Positions 23,021 to 36,357 of a stretch of DNA of 64,000 bases are shown here, piece by piece. Within the stretch, counting starts at the first letter, position 1. Every line of letters starts with the position of its first letter. Under the pieces are notes generated by a model. The model ran no database searches, was not told the DNA's origin, and saw only the letters and a list, made by a program, of their open reading frames with translations. Origin of the DNA: Octopus vulgaris (taxonomy: Eukaryota); assembly GCA_951406725.2 (NCBI GenBank), contig OX597817.1, forward strand, positions 152,272,001 to 152,336,000, written 5' to 3'. A program made the position numbers and the translations under genes.

Positions 23021-25775
23021 AGTGCATAATAAAATAATGATGACGGCAGGAGTGAAAAACAATGCTTAAATATGACACTACTGGCTGCAGTGGTTTTGTG
23101 GAGATAGTGGCAGTGGTGATGTTGTGTAGAAGACAATGATGAGAGTATTTTGCAGATGTTTATTCATAATCTTAATCAATGAGAATATTGCAACACCACA
23201 GAAAACAATATATGCAGTGTACAGTCAAATAAGTGCAGTCAAATAAGTGCTTCAAGACTACTGAAAAGGTTGCAAGGCGCAACGAAAATTTTAGGAAAAT
23301 TAAAATAAGAAAAAAGTGGAAATTTTATCGGTGAGTGTGTTACATTATAAGGCACAAAAAGTAAATGACTCTCCCCAGACACAACAGAAAGTGCTTCAAG
23401 GTTTCAGTTTTATTTCCAGAATTTCAGAATTAACAGTCACAGGAAAATAATTATTCCAGTACATCATTAGTAAAAAATGAGCTTACATTAGCATTACATT
23501 TGTATTTAAAGAGACATTAGACTTGCAACAATGATTAGTTGGTTGAGAACAGTTATGGTCAGTAAACACAAAAGAAGACTCATTCAGGCAAATAAGGTCA
23601 CAGCAGAGATGATGGTGATGATGATGATGTCAATGGCATCAGTCAGAGTAACCAGTCAAGAGGCCACTAGGTTTAAATGCTAGGCCCAAGAACCCAGAAA
23701 CAAGAGATCCATTTTGCTGATACCAGTCTAAAGATTGAGGATGATGATGTCATTCAAGATGATGATGATGGTGATGTCACTGAAGGTGATGATGAAGATG
23801 ATGGTGATGTCATTGACATGATGACAATGATGATGATGATAATACTGGTGATGCAGGGACGATGGTGGTGTGTTGCACATGCAAACAATCACACGTTTTC
23901 TATTTGCGCCAACAATCATCAAAGCCTGTAAGAAATATATTCAAAAAGAATTCATATTATTGGATAATTCTTTCTTTGATTTAATCTAACACTGTGGTAA
24001 ATTAGAAATACACTAAATTAATTATAATTACAGATTTTGATTCTATTGGATAACTCATACTTGGAAAAAGTGGACTATTCTTTGATTTACAAGTATAGAA
24101 AGGTTGACATTGCTGTGGATACAGAATAAAAGAGACACTAAATAATCAAAATCACAAAATGTAGGTTGGATACTATATTGTTGAGATAAGGAGGTGATGG
24201 TGGTGGTGGTGATAACCGTTTTTAATTTGGGCATAAATGCCAGCAGCTCTGAAATGTGGAGGGTCGATACTATCAATCTTAGTACTTGACTGTTCGTTAA
24301 ATTTATCAAGATAAATAAATGGCAAAGTTAACCACAATGATGATGATGATGATGAAATGCAAATGCATTTGTCCTTCTACACTTGGATTATCTTCAAACT
24401 GGCATTTAAATGATGGCAGTTATCTTCAGTTCACAAAGAACTTCTAGCTTCTTCCATGGAACCTATAATTTCTGAAGACCCGGCAAGCCAAGTGAGATCA
24501 TAACCCTTGGCCTATGCCAGGGGTGTAACCAGCCCACTTATGCATACCTTTCCTTCATTGGACACTAAACTCTGCTTGCAAAGACCTGTTGAGGCAAGTG
24601 AAATCGAAATCGAAATCAAATTCGATGACTGGCACCCGTACTAGTGGAGCGCTAAGAGCACAATCTGAGCGTGATTGTTGCCAGAACAGCTAACTGGCTT
24701 CTGTTCCGGTGGCACGTAAAAAGCACCATTCAAGCGTGATTGTTACCAGCGTCGCCTTACTGGTACGTGAAAAAACATTTGAGCGAGGTCGTTGCCAGTG
24801 CCGCTGGACTGGCTCCTGTGCAGGTGGCATGTAAAAACACCATCTGTGTGTGGCTGTTGCCAGTACCGCCTGACTGGCCCTCATGCCGGTGGCATGTAAA
24901 AGCACCCACTACACTATCAAAGTGGTTGGCATTAGGAAGGGCATCCAGCTGTAGAAACTCTGCCAGATCAGATTGGAGCCTGGTGCAGCCATCTGGTTCG
25001 CCAGTCCTCAGTCAAATCGTCCAGCCCATGCTAGCATGGAAAGCAGATGTTAAATGATGATGATGATGATGATGATAATGATGATGATGAAATGTCTCGA
25101 AATGTACCAGTGAAATGGTCTCTATTCAGTCACTTGATCTGCTAGAAACAGTAGCCGAATCTGTTTCAAACCACACCCTACTGTCGTAAAATAGGAAGGA
25201 CATACTGAATGATGTAGTCTTAGATATACAAAACAATAATATGGTCGAATCAGAAATGACTTCGAACACAAGCTTGCTAAACTGGGGTTGACATGGAGTT
25301 AAACAACTGAGATGCCAATGAAGGTATCTTCCATGTGGTCCCTCAAGTTGCTAGAAATAATAGCCAAATCTCTGCTGCTAGAAATAGTAGTCAAATCATG
25401 TCTCACTATCTTATCAAAAGAGAAGAACACATTAAATAATGTAATTCTAGATATTCTTTGACCATAAGTTTACTTAATCAGAGTTGATCTAAGGTCCAAC
25501 AACAACTAAGAATCAAATGTGATAAGGTGAATTTAACAAACCCAAAAGGTTAATGTAGATCAGGGTCCATAAGGCCTTTGGAATCTATATAAGATTTTCA
25601 TTGCTCATAAAATTTAGGAGTGGCTGTGTGGTAAGTAACTTGCTTACCAACCACATGGTTCTAGGTTCAGTCCCACTGCATGGTACCTTGGGCAAGTGTC
25701 TTCTACTATAGCCTCAGGCCAACCAAAGCCTTGTGAGTGGATTTGGTAGACAGAAACTGAAAGAAGCCCGTCGTA

Positions 25776-25806
<31 letters not shown>

Positions 25807-26203
25807 GTTTGTGTATGTTTGTCCCTCCAACATCGCTTGACAACTGATGCTGGTTGTCAAGTCCTGGGGTCGATATGCTCGACTAAAGGCGGTGCTCCAG
25901 CATGGCCACAGTCAAGTGACTGAAACAAGTAAAAGAGTAAGAGTAAAAGAGTATTAGACTGGTTATATTTCTACACTACAAAATATTTAAACATTCTTTT
26001 TTACAATTCTTAATAATATTTAATCATAAAAATATAATAAGGAGTTTTTAGACATTGAATGACTATGAGAGTATCCCTTCCCTGAGTAAAATAGGAACGA
26101 AAGGGGTCCATAGGTAAACAATGGTTGAAATACCCTGATGTAGATGAACAAGAAGAAAATGGTGATGAAGATTGATCTGATGAGAAGACAACAAGCAACT
26201 TAC

Positions 26204-26310
26204 TGTGAAGTGTTTTCTCATCCATTCTGGTACTTAAGGCAACATCAAAATGTCCCTTTTGCTGTAATTCGCTTGGAAGGACAATGGGTGGACTAAACAC
26301 ATTCCAGTCT
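26204..26310 (-). CDS. CFAP20DC: CFAP20DC exon (RDWNVFSPPIVLPSELQQKGHFDVALSTRMDEKTLH)
   Basis: tgtag/gtaagt, 107 nt. Conserved RDW..SPPIV motif. Phase fits the terminal exon. Confidence 0.88.
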
Positions 26311-26579
26311 CTACAGAATAAAAAAAAATATTTTTAGAAAAATGAAGAAGTAAATAGCAACAACAACTAAATACTAAGAAAGCAAAACAAATTTGGATTA
26401 ATCAATTAATTTATTCAAGCTGGTGCATGTATGACTGTGTAAGAAGCTTGCTCCCCAACTACATGGTTCTGGGTTCAGTTACACTATGTGGCACAATAGG
26501 CAAGTGTCTTCTACTATAGCCATGGGCTGACCAAAGCCTTGTTGGTGGATTCGGTAGGTAGAAAGAGAAAGAAGCCCAT

Positions 26580-26616
<37 letters not shown>

Positions 26617-26639
26617 CAAACTTACTTAGAAAAGGATGC

Positions 26640-26940
26640 GTGCGTTCTGTCGTGTAATAACAAATTAATAAATAAAACATATGCATATATACATACATAT
26701 ATGTACGTACCTACATCTACATGTATATATACATGCATATATGGGTACAGGACACCAAAAAAACGTTGAACACAATGAGAAACGAAAACATAAACACAAA
26801 ACCAAGGAACTGGACATTTTTCTTAAACAACAATAAAATAGAGTACAGGACAAATAACACAAGGAAAATTCCCCTTCTTCAGTCGCATGGTTTCATCTAC
26901 TCCGCATTTCAAAGGTGAAGGTGAGACGTGACTTCGACTG
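26640..26940. repeat. Unclassified interspersed repeat (possibly Penelope-like terminal repeat)
   Basis: Homologous to 62897-63095 (direct) and 62670-62860 (inverted). Shared ATATGTACGTACCTACATCTACATG block. Confidence 0.5.
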
Positions 26941-27158
26941 AAACATATGACTGTCTTCTTTTGGTTTCTGTCAAACAAATCCATTCACAATGCTTTGATT
27001 GGCCCGAGGCTATAGTAGAAGACACTTGCCCAAGACGCCACATAGTGGGACTGAACCTGGAACCATGTGGTTGGGAAGCAAGCTTCTTCCCAAATGGCCA
27101 CACTTTGTTTATACTAAAAACTTAGATTAAAAAGGTTATTAGATAGAATTAATATTAC

Positions 27159-27247
27159 CTGGGGTTTGAAGAACTCAAGGTGTCGGTGCTGCGTCTGGAA
27201 GGGTACTTCATTTCTTCTTTATAGTTGTGGCCACCTATTACAGGAAG
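27159..27247 (-). CDS. CFAP20DC: CFAP20DC exon (LPVIGGHNYKEEMKYPSRRSTDTLSSSNP)
   Basis: aacag/gtaat, 89 nt. Resembles human GRHYQKEM...SNPR. Confidence 0.88.
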
Positions 27248-27380
27248 CTGTTAAATAATGACACAAATAATGTAAAAAAAGATTTGTCATACTAAAGAGA
27301 GAGGATATTAAAAGTGCGCATGTGTGAGAGAGAGAGAAAGAGACAGATTCAAACAAGTGCTCCTGGCCTGTGCACACATA

Positions 27381-27939
27381 TGATAGGGAGTTGAAAAGTT
27401 CCTGGTTTTAAGGGTGTCGCAAAAGGGTTGGCTGGAGGCCCAACCTTCTGAGTTCTTTTTATTTATTTATGCGCCCTTTTCAAGCCTAGCCAGGCTCATG
27501 GGCCCAGTTTCCCGGTTTCTGTAGCATATGTGTTCCCCCCCAGCTGGACAGGATGCCAGTCCATCGCAGTGTTACTCAAGAAACAGGAAGAAAGAGTGAG
27601 AGAAAGTTGGGCGAAAGAGTACAACAGGGGTTGCTACCACCCCCTACCAGAGCCTCGTGGATCTTTTAGGTGTTTCTGCTCAATAAACACACACAACGCC
27701 CGGTCTGGGAATCAAAACCATGATCCTCCGACCACGAGTCCACTGCCTGAACCACTGGGCCATTGCACCTCCACCTGAATTCTTTAACAGGGCTTAAAAA
27801 AACTGAAGGACTGCTGCAATTTGAAAGACTGCTGCAAGTGTGTGAACCTGAGAGGAGAATATGTTGGATAAAATCATAATTAACTGATCCTTCTGTAGTT
27901 TCCTTTTTCCAAAGCCAGGAACTTTTCACCATCCCCTTG
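27381..27939. mobile_element. Mariner-derived MITE with a SINE inserted at ~27458-27774
   Basis: TIR core TGAAAAGTTCCTGG / CCAGGAACTTTTCA, TA flanks. Confidence 0.65.
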
Positions 27940-29339
27940 TACAGTCAACAATTAGCTCCGTCTGTGTATGCATGTGTATATGTGCAAATGCTATTAGCAT
28001 TCATATGTGTGGGAACAAAACAAGGACTTTTTGTTTAACAAAATATTGTTAAATTAATTCAATTTATTTTGTTGTACTATGTATATTATTTATGTTTATC
28101 TTTTATCTTTCACTTGTTTCAGTCACTGGACCGTGGCCATGCTGAGGTACTGCCTTGAAGGGTTACACAAATCATTACCATTACATATTTTTCCTGAAGT
28201 CTGGTACTTATTCTACCAGTATCACTGGCCAAACCTCTAAGTTACAGGAGTGTAAACAAACCAACACCAGTTGTCAAGTGCTGGTGTGACACAAACACAC
28301 ACACACATACATAGGCGCGGGCATGGCTGTGTGGTTAGGGAGCTTGTTTCCTAGCTACATGGTTTCGGGTTCAGTCCCACTGCGTGGCACTTTGTGTAGG
28401 TGTCTTCCACTATAGCCTCGAGCCGACCGGAGCTTTGTGATTGGATTCGGTAGGTGGAAGTTACTGCCGTGTGTGTATGTGTGCGTATAGCTGCTCAGTG
28501 CCTCTCCGAAAGAGAGAGAGAGGGTATATGATGGGCTTCTTTCAGTTTCCATCTACCAAATCCACTCAGAAGGCATTGTCAACCTAAGTCTATAGTAAAA
28601 AAAATTTGCCCAAGATGCCAGTGGGACTGTTGCTAAGGCAGTGGTAATAATGATCAATAAATAAGTGCAAGGCTGAAAAGCAGGACTTGTGTCAACACAA
28701 TTGATTTGAAACTCTTAAAGGTGATACTCTAGCATGGCCACAATCAGTAAAGAAAATCAGTGAATAAGAAAAGGATTACAGAACACCAAACACAGCTGAT
28801 TTTCTCTTTTGCTGTGGTGCCAGATAAAGGACTGCTACAAATGGGTTGATGCTGTTAGATCTATCCAACACATGTCAGTAGGCTGTATGATTAAGAAGTT
28901 TGCTTCCCATTCACATGGTTACAGGTTCAGTCGTCCCATTGCATGGCACCTCGGGCAAATGTCTAGGGCCAACCAAAGTTTTGTAATTGGATTTGGTAAT
29001 TGGAAACTAAAAGGAATCCATTGTGTGTGTGTGTGTGTATGTGTGTGCACATGTGTTTATGTGTGTGCAACATCATGTGATAGCACTAAATGAGTGTCAC
29101 TGTCATACAAGCAGTGTCATTCATTTCTAAAATTCTGCGAGAATATGTCCAGCAATGAGGAAATATTACTTTGCTTGGAAACAGGTGAAGATTGGCAACA
29201 GGAAGGGCATCCAGATGTAGAAAATCTGCTTCAGTAAACTCTGTCCAATCCATGCAAGCATAGAAAAGAAGACATTAAAACATTGATGATGATGATGATG
29301 ATGACGATTGTTGTTAATTAGAAATGATTAATGCTTGAT

Positions 29340-29610
29340 GCGCAACTTTTTCACGCTGAGAGTTGCTGAAGCGTGGAACAAACTGCCGGCATCGGTTGTT
29401 AGTTGTTGGAGCACTGCATCCTTCAAGACTTCCATGCTTCCTGAGATTCGCCAACACTACACTTGATTTTCTCCCCTCCATACACACACAAGCATGTTCA
29501 CTTTCCAGACATTTCTACATTACTGCATGTACTTTATATGCACTTTCTGACAAGTTGTGGTGCACCTGAGCACTGTATACAATAATTTCATTATTTATTA
29601 TTATTTATTT
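29340..29610 (+). mobile_element. CR1-type LINE 3' fragment
   Basis: Near-identical to the reverse complement of 14250-14520, with (TTA)-like tail. Confidence 0.75.
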
Positions 29611-29656
29611 ATTTATAAATGACTGAAAAAGGAAAAACATCAAAAGCAACACCTAC

Positions 29657-29887
29657 TGGAACTTTGAGTGAGCTGAACGTATCATCATCACTAGTTGTAG
29701 TGGTTGAGTCCTCATACAGGTGGTTTGCCAAAGCCATCGGGTTAACATTTGAGTTGGCATCTCTGTCTCTTTGATGTAAAGCAAATTCTTCTTCTTGTTG
29801 ACGTTTCATGCTGGCCAGAACGAGTTTTTCACAGGAATCCATTGTGCTACTGTAATTTGTCTGGTATTTGTTGCTGTCATAAATTTT
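29657..29887 (-). CDS. CFAP20DC: CFAP20DC exon (KIYDSNKYQ...LVLASMKRQQEEE...TSDDDTFSSLKVP)
   Basis: ttag/gtagg, 231 nt. LASxxxQQ.EE motif. Overlaps ORF 29609..29842. Confidence 0.88.
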
Positions 29888-29914
29888 CTAAAATGAAATA
29901 GGTTTTTGAATATA

Positions 29915-30379
29915 TTTACGAGCAAAACGCACCCCTCCCCCGTCCAATGGACGGTGCTGAGTTGTCAAACATTTAAACCAAATTTTCTCAAAACAACTTG
30001 TCCGACCATCCCATAGGCCTCCCCTTTGAGAAACACTGATTTAACCTAAATTTGAGACACCAGCAAAAGAAGAAATAAAGATAGACTTTTTTTCTATTCC
30101 AAAGAAAAACGATTTTATTCACACAAATATGCAACTGAAGAGTTTAAAGTACCAGTAAGTACATCGCAACAGCTGATGTACTTGCGCGTACAAATGCACG
30201 TTCTCAGGGCTTTATCGATCACATTCTCACCTGCAATCGATTTTTGTAATTTTTCAAGACCTATACACGCCCTGATATCGTCGGTATCTACATATCAAAT
30301 TTGAGCGCAATCGGATGGAAGATGCCCGAGATCCTAGAAGACACACAGACAGACAGACAGAATGGATTTATATAATATA

Positions 30380-30385
<6 letters not shown>
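29915..30385 (-). mobile_element. Helitron/DINE-like non-autonomous element
   Basis: (CAGA)n near one end, subterminal hairpin CCGTCCA-TGGACGG at the other. Confidence 0.45.
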
Positions 30386-30424
<39 letters not shown>

Positions 30425-32686
30425 CTACAGATGTGAAATGATGACGAAGATGGTTGATATCTATATCTATATATAAGCAAAAATTTAGATTCAGATGAAT
30501 TAGGTACCTAACTTGAGGCACCAGAATTTAGCACCGTATTATCCATACAGTTTCAAAATAAGGTGATTAAAATCAAAATAAGCAACAGGATATCCAGAGG
30601 TAATGCAGTATGTTCATTTCAAGTGACTCCATTTAATTGAACAATGCAACCATTACATCAATTTAAATGCAGAGCAATCCTTAGCTGCATAAATACATAG
30701 AATTAAATCAAATTAAAACAGATGGACACATTTGTATAATTTTACCTAAAACCTCCAAGAAGGTATCTATCTATATCTATCTATCTATCTATCTATCTAT
30801 ATATATATATATATAGTGGTTGGTGTGTTGAACTCATAATTGCAAGATCATGGTTTCAACTCCCTGACCAGGCCGTGCACTGTGTTCTTGAGCAAAACAC
30901 TTCATTTCATGTTGCTCTGTGATCACTTTGACATCTGACATGTGACACACCATCCACCTGTTCAGGCAATGTTGATCTGATGGTAAGAGTGAGCTAATGT
31001 ACATTAAACACATTTAAATCACTATAAACAAATTATTTGTGCAGATTGTTCAACAAGAAATTGCAGAGCCCTCAACTGTTAATTACAACAAGAGAAACCA
31101 TCACATACATGCATGCATGCACCTCAAAAAACATTGTATTTCTAAAAGAACCTTGTATTTCTTATTTCTTTATTGCCCACAAGAGGCTATACATAGAGGG
31201 GACAAACAAGGACAGACAAAGGAATTAAGTCGATTACATCGACCCCAGTGTGTAACTGGTACTTAATTTATCAACCCCAAAAGGATGAAAGGTAAAGTTG
31301 ACTTCGGCGGAATTTGAACTGAGAATGAAATGGCAGATGAAATACCTATTTCTTTATTGCCCACAAGGGGCTAAACATAGAGGGGACAAACAAGGACAGC
31401 CATAGGTATTAAGTCGATTACATCGACCCCAGTGTGTAATTGGTACTTAATTTATCGACCCCGAAAGGATGAAAGGCAAAGTCGACCTCGGCGGAATTTG
31501 AACTCAGAACGTAGCAGCAGATGAAATACCAGTAAGCATTTCACCTGGCGTGCTAACATTTCTGCCAGCTCGCTGCCTTGCATTTCTAAGCAGTACAATT
31601 TAAGTTTACATAAGAGACCATATTATTTCACACATGACACAACAATGATTACAGTATTTGCTGGTCAGTTACTTGACATGACAGTTTGACAATGATGGCT
31701 CCTCAGCAGAACCACCAGTAGCTTAAACTCCTCATTAGCCTAAACTCCATCCCTTCTGTCTATACAGAAACAGACCTTTTATTCTGTTAGTCACATCTGA
31801 ACTATGCTAAAAAGGTAAGTGGGAACAGAGCCAACACAAAATACCAGGTTCCTTTTAACTTTCCCATATAAGACAATCACTCTTGTGGATAAAGTGCACC
31901 CAGCTCCTGGTGTTAAATTGTTAGTGACAGGAACAATATTCTATTGTAAAAACCTACCAACAATAATGAGATACACAACTAAAAAGTTGGCCATTTTCTC
32001 TGTTGTGTGTGTCAGGTGCTAAAGGCCATGTTAACAAAACAAAAAACAGAGTCAGGTGACAAGATGAAAGATCTTAGTGAGTAGCTTGGCAAGACAAAGA
32101 CAACACTTGGTGATATGGTAAACAAATGACCAGGTGGTGTAGTAATATGAGTTTCTTTCAGTTTCCATCTCTCAAATCCACCCGTAAGGCTTTAGTCAGC
32201 CCAGGTAGATGGTAGAAGACACTAGCCCAAGGTATTGTGCAATGGGACCAAACCCCAAATCCAGCAGTTGAGAAGCAAGCTTCTTAACCACACAGCCACA
32301 CCCTTCTGTATCCTTCAATCATACTGCACAACACCTGGAGTAAGTATCTGCTATCATACTGCACAACACCTGGGGTAAGTATCTGCTACCATGCTTTTGA
32401 TCAAAATTTGGTAGAGAAAAACTGTGCAAGCCCTTAGGATGGATGTTCCAGTTCTTGGATAATAAACTTAATTTTTTGCCTCGTTTATCACCACTGACTG
32501 GGCCTTTGGGGGTTCTTCAGTGGAATGCACTCTGTTGCAAGCATTTGGGCCCCATTTCCATCATAGGATAACTTTCTCCTGTCTTCCTACCAGTCAGAGA
32601 AACCATAAAAAGGGTCATGTGCACTACCTCTTCCCTGCCAAGCTTTTAAAAAAAAAAAACAAAAAAAAAACCCAGTTGTTACTCAC

Positions 32687-33163
32687 CTCAGTAGTAGTAG
32701 ATTCACCGAGTAGCTTTACTTTTGATGAATTGACTTCTCGTAATGATTTCAGACTCAACCTGGACAACTGGCTCGGTTGAACTTTCATTTGTGATGGATT
32801 TGTCGTTGTAACGTAATTAGCAGAATTATATTTGAGACCACTTCCAGGCTGTAACTGGGAATGGTTATTAGAAACAGAATTATATTGTTGGACGGTTTGA
32901 CTATGTACAGGCAAACTTTCTCCCTTTTCAGGTAGCAAGATGTTAGTCCTTGAATTGGATCCAGCATGAACACTTTTACTAGAACTGCCTCTACTGGAAG
33001 TAGCACTACTTGTGTGTGAACGAGAATTCCCTAGTTTCACATGTGTTTTCCCTCTTTCTTCATCACTGTCACTCAAAACAAAATCATCTTCTGGTTTTGC
33101 CCCTCGAGCAGAATACAGTAGATCCCCTAAACCCCCTTTTACTTTGCCGCCAGACTGCACTCT
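32687..33163 (-). CDS. CFAP20DC: CFAP20DC exon (RVQSGGKVKGG...ARGAKPEDDFVLSDSDEE...GESTTTE)
   Basis: atag/gtgagt, 477 nt. Corresponds to ORF 32624..33160. Confidence 0.87.
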
Positions 33164-33469
33164 CTATAAAGACAATAAATTAAAGAGAAAAAAAAGAGCA
33201 ATAAAACATTTAATTTTGTAAGAAGAGTGTTGTAGTTTGTTTGAAGCATTGTAGTACAGAAATAGAAAAATTAATGAAATAAGAAATTAGGAAAATTCTA
33301 ACGATGCAGAAAGATTAAAAAGAAAAAAATTATATTCCAGGTGCAAAAGCTTCGTTAGAAGCTTTCCTTATTTCTCATTTTGTAGAATTTAATTTTGTAG
33401 AATGATTTCCCATTAATTGGTTGCATGGTTCAAGAAGTGGTGTATCTATTTTGCTGCTGCTGCTGTTGT

Positions 33470-33846
33470 TGCTGTTGAGCGAACGGTCTTCGTCCCAGAG
33501 CTCGCAAGATAGGAGAAGTCCGAAACATGATCCTTTGCTATTCATAAGACCCGCAGAAGAGAAAGCAGGTCAACCCCCGACACCGAGAGCATCGATGGAT
33601 GGATGAATGTGCATCCAGGCTCAGCGATTGCATAGGAAGTTGGGGACAAGAAACAGGGAAAAAGAGTGAGAGAAAGTTGGGGCGAAAGAGTACAACAGGG
33701 GTCGCCACCACCCCCTGCTGGGGCCTCGTGGAGCTTTAGGTGTTTTTGCTCAATAAACACACACACAACGCCCGGTCTGAGAATCAAAACCGCAATCTTC
33801 CGACCATGAGTCTGCTGCCCTAACCATTGGGTCATTGCGCCTCCAC
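33470..33846 (-). mobile_element. tRNA-derived SINE family 4
   Basis: Head GGAGGCGCAATG(G)CCCAGTGGTTAG...GGTTTTGATTC. Same head and body at 27458-27774(-) and 1-65(+) but with different tails. Confidence 0.75.
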
Positions 33847-33936
33847 TGCTGCTGCTGCTGCTATCATCATCATTTTACTATCCACTGTCCATGGTCGATG
33901 TCTTCTTGGATTTCCGTCTTCCATAAATCCCTCCAC

Positions 33937-34127
33937 TTAAAGTGATCAGCACCTCTTTTAAAATGGATTATTATATACTTTGGAAATGTATTCAAAGGAA
34001 AACATATAATGTGAAGAAAGCACACAATTTATTAAAATTGTGTCCTTCCTACATATTATATTTTACCTTTGAATGCATTTCCAAAATATATAATAATCCA
34101 TTTTAAAAGAAGTGCCATTCACTTTAA
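33937..34127. mobile_element. Palindromic TTAA-flanked MITE (Kolobok-like)
   Basis: TTAA-AGTGA...TCACT-TTAA. The whole element is an imperfect inverted repeat centred near 34030. Confidence 0.7.
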
Positions 34128-34679
34128 GTGTGTGTGTGGGGTGAGTTGTAGAAGAGCGAGACCCAGGAAGATAGGGGACAAAGTACTGAAGGCTGATCTC
34201 AAAATGCTGAGCCATATGAAGAAGGTGACAGAGGACCAAGAGATGTAGTACACTGCTGTAACCAAGAAGACTCGCCCACCACAAGAGAACTGAGATCCTA
34301 AAACCAGGGTGCCATGTAAAAAGTGCTGGTGATGGTGCCCTGTAAAAAGCACCCAGTACACTCTGTAAAGTGGTTGGCATTAGGAAGGGCATCCAGCTGC
34401 AGAAACCAAACCAAAACAGACTATGGAATCTGGGGCAGCCCTTAGCCTTAACATCTCCTGTCAAGCCATCTAACTCATGCCAGTATAGAAGACAGACGTT
34501 AAAAGTTGATGATGATGATGATGATGAATTTAATTGTATATCTATATTAATAAAAGATATTTTGTTTATAATTCATCATCAACATTTACTGGTATTGTTC
34601 CATGCTGGCTTGGATTGGATAGTTTGATAGGATCTGATGAGTTCGAGGACTGAATTATGCTCCAATGTTTATTTTGGCA

Positions 34680-35247
34680 TCTGTATATATAAAAGGCAGG
34701 ATGTGTGTGTGTATGTGCATGAATGTAATTTATGCACATCTACAAATTAGCACACATGTCGCTCCAATTTTAGGACATTCATTATGACCCTAGTTGTATT
34801 TTCGTCAACTTATTTTTCCCAGAGGCACCAGCGAATAGCAATAAAAATAAATTTTCAACCAAAACTTTTAACAATTTTCAAGTCGGAGAAATCACCATTG
34901 TTTGCAAACAGGAGTTAAGTCCCTTCTAGCGACGAGAAAGTTTTTGTTAAGACTTTTTTTGTTTTTTTCATCGATGAAAAAAGTGTTTTGGTGATATATG
35001 GGCAACACACACATACACACACACACACACACACACATGTATGCATACAAAAAACATGTATTCAATAGGTGTATGTACATATGTGTGTGTGTGTGTGTGC
35101 CCATATATATATATATATATATAAACCAATTTCAACGGATTTCGCCCAAATTTGTCGTGGATGTTACTTAGTTTGATTTGAAATAAAGAACTTGATTAGC
35201 TTAATAATCCTAAATTAATCCTGGGCAAAGCTGGGTTATACTGCTAG
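34680..35247 (+). mobile_element. Non-autonomous Helitron, second copy
   Basis: Colinear with 16159-16778, TC...CTAG ends. Splits a degenerate RTE 3'-UTR copy. Confidence 0.8.
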
Positions 35248-35519
35248 GAGTTTCTAAAGCTGGGTGCCTTTCTTAATGCTAACCACTTTATAGCTGTTAC
35301 TCATTATTTCTTTTTTTTGTCTAGCTTTGTGACACCAGCACTCATGAGCCACAACATAGCTTACAAAACTGAGATCCCCTCCCACTGAGTGGGACTGCAG
35401 TACCAAAAGAAGGAGAGGGGGGCAGCTTTATGCTAGGAGATGAGAGGTTAAAATCTGAGAGAAAGGACCAGAATAAGTTTCTTGTCCTAGAGAAGCTACC
35501 TACCTACTCATGTTATCGG

Positions 35520-35919
35520 CACTGGATTAACCATTAAGCAAAATAAGCACACACTTAGGTCATAAATGGAGGCGGGGGGGGGGGGGCACAGAAATGGTAA
35601 ATGGTTAACAGCACAAAAGAATTCACTTTAAAACTTGCTAAAATAATATTTGAAGTGGTTTATATGATTAGAAATATAATTCCAATGTATTCATGGTGTC
35701 ATAGTGAGGATCTGATTGAAGACTTTGCAGTTAAGAAAAAAGTAGGAGAAAACTTTACAAATATAGATAAAGTGGAAGAACACAAAAATAAACATTATTT
35801 TCCATCATAATGTTAGTTATTTCTTTTATGTTTTATTATCGTTTGTACTTTGAATTATATATGGGGGCATCAAAACCTTTTAAGAGCTTAGGGTCTCTAT
35901 GGGTCTTGATCCACCCCTG
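35520..35919. mobile_element. Probable hAT-derived non-autonomous element
   Basis: Ends ...GATCCACCCCTG. Internal peptide DLIEDFAVKK resembles the hAT C-terminal dimerisation tail. Confidence 0.35.
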
Positions 35920-36357
35920 AATATTATAGAAGAGTAGGTGAGAGTGACTAAGGTGGAGCTGGAAATAGAAATACTGGTGATGAGATTTCAAGGTGGACCC
36001 TCAAGCTACAAGGAGTGGGTATATCGCAAGAGTGTAGGGGTAGATACAGACAAGTGCATGGGGAGAGTGAATGATGTATGGCAGTGGAAAAGGGGAGATA
36101 ATTTGGTGGCTCATGTGGGTGATCAATGTAAAATGTGGGTGGAGAGAGGATAGTATTATGGATGAAAGATGGATATCTAGCATTTTCAATAAGCTAATGA
36201 ATTATTTTTCATTTGGTACATCTATTGATATGCAAATTAGACCAGTGAATAAAATGATTGTTGAGTAGAAGATAAAAGGCCAATCTTTAAAATTTAATCT
36301 CAAAATGTATTAAATGTTTCATGTAGAAACTTCAAACAATATAGTCAACCAACTTAC

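Noticed and set aside
21571-23069. ORFs with repeated MCHRHR / CATDTG / VPPTQV peptides (also near 419, 5352, 20031, 51656, 54095)
   Set aside because: Translations of the non-coding RTE 3'-UTR array. Open in several frames and on both strands.
23640-23727. Possible extra CFAP20DC exon after a TTTAG acceptor
   Set aside because: Runs into a stop with no convincing donor or homology. Exon 26204 already splices in phase to the terminal exon.
32318-32387. 35-bp tandem duplication containing GTAAGTAT donor-like motifs
   Set aside because: Antisense to the host gene, two copies only. Likely a neutral local duplication.
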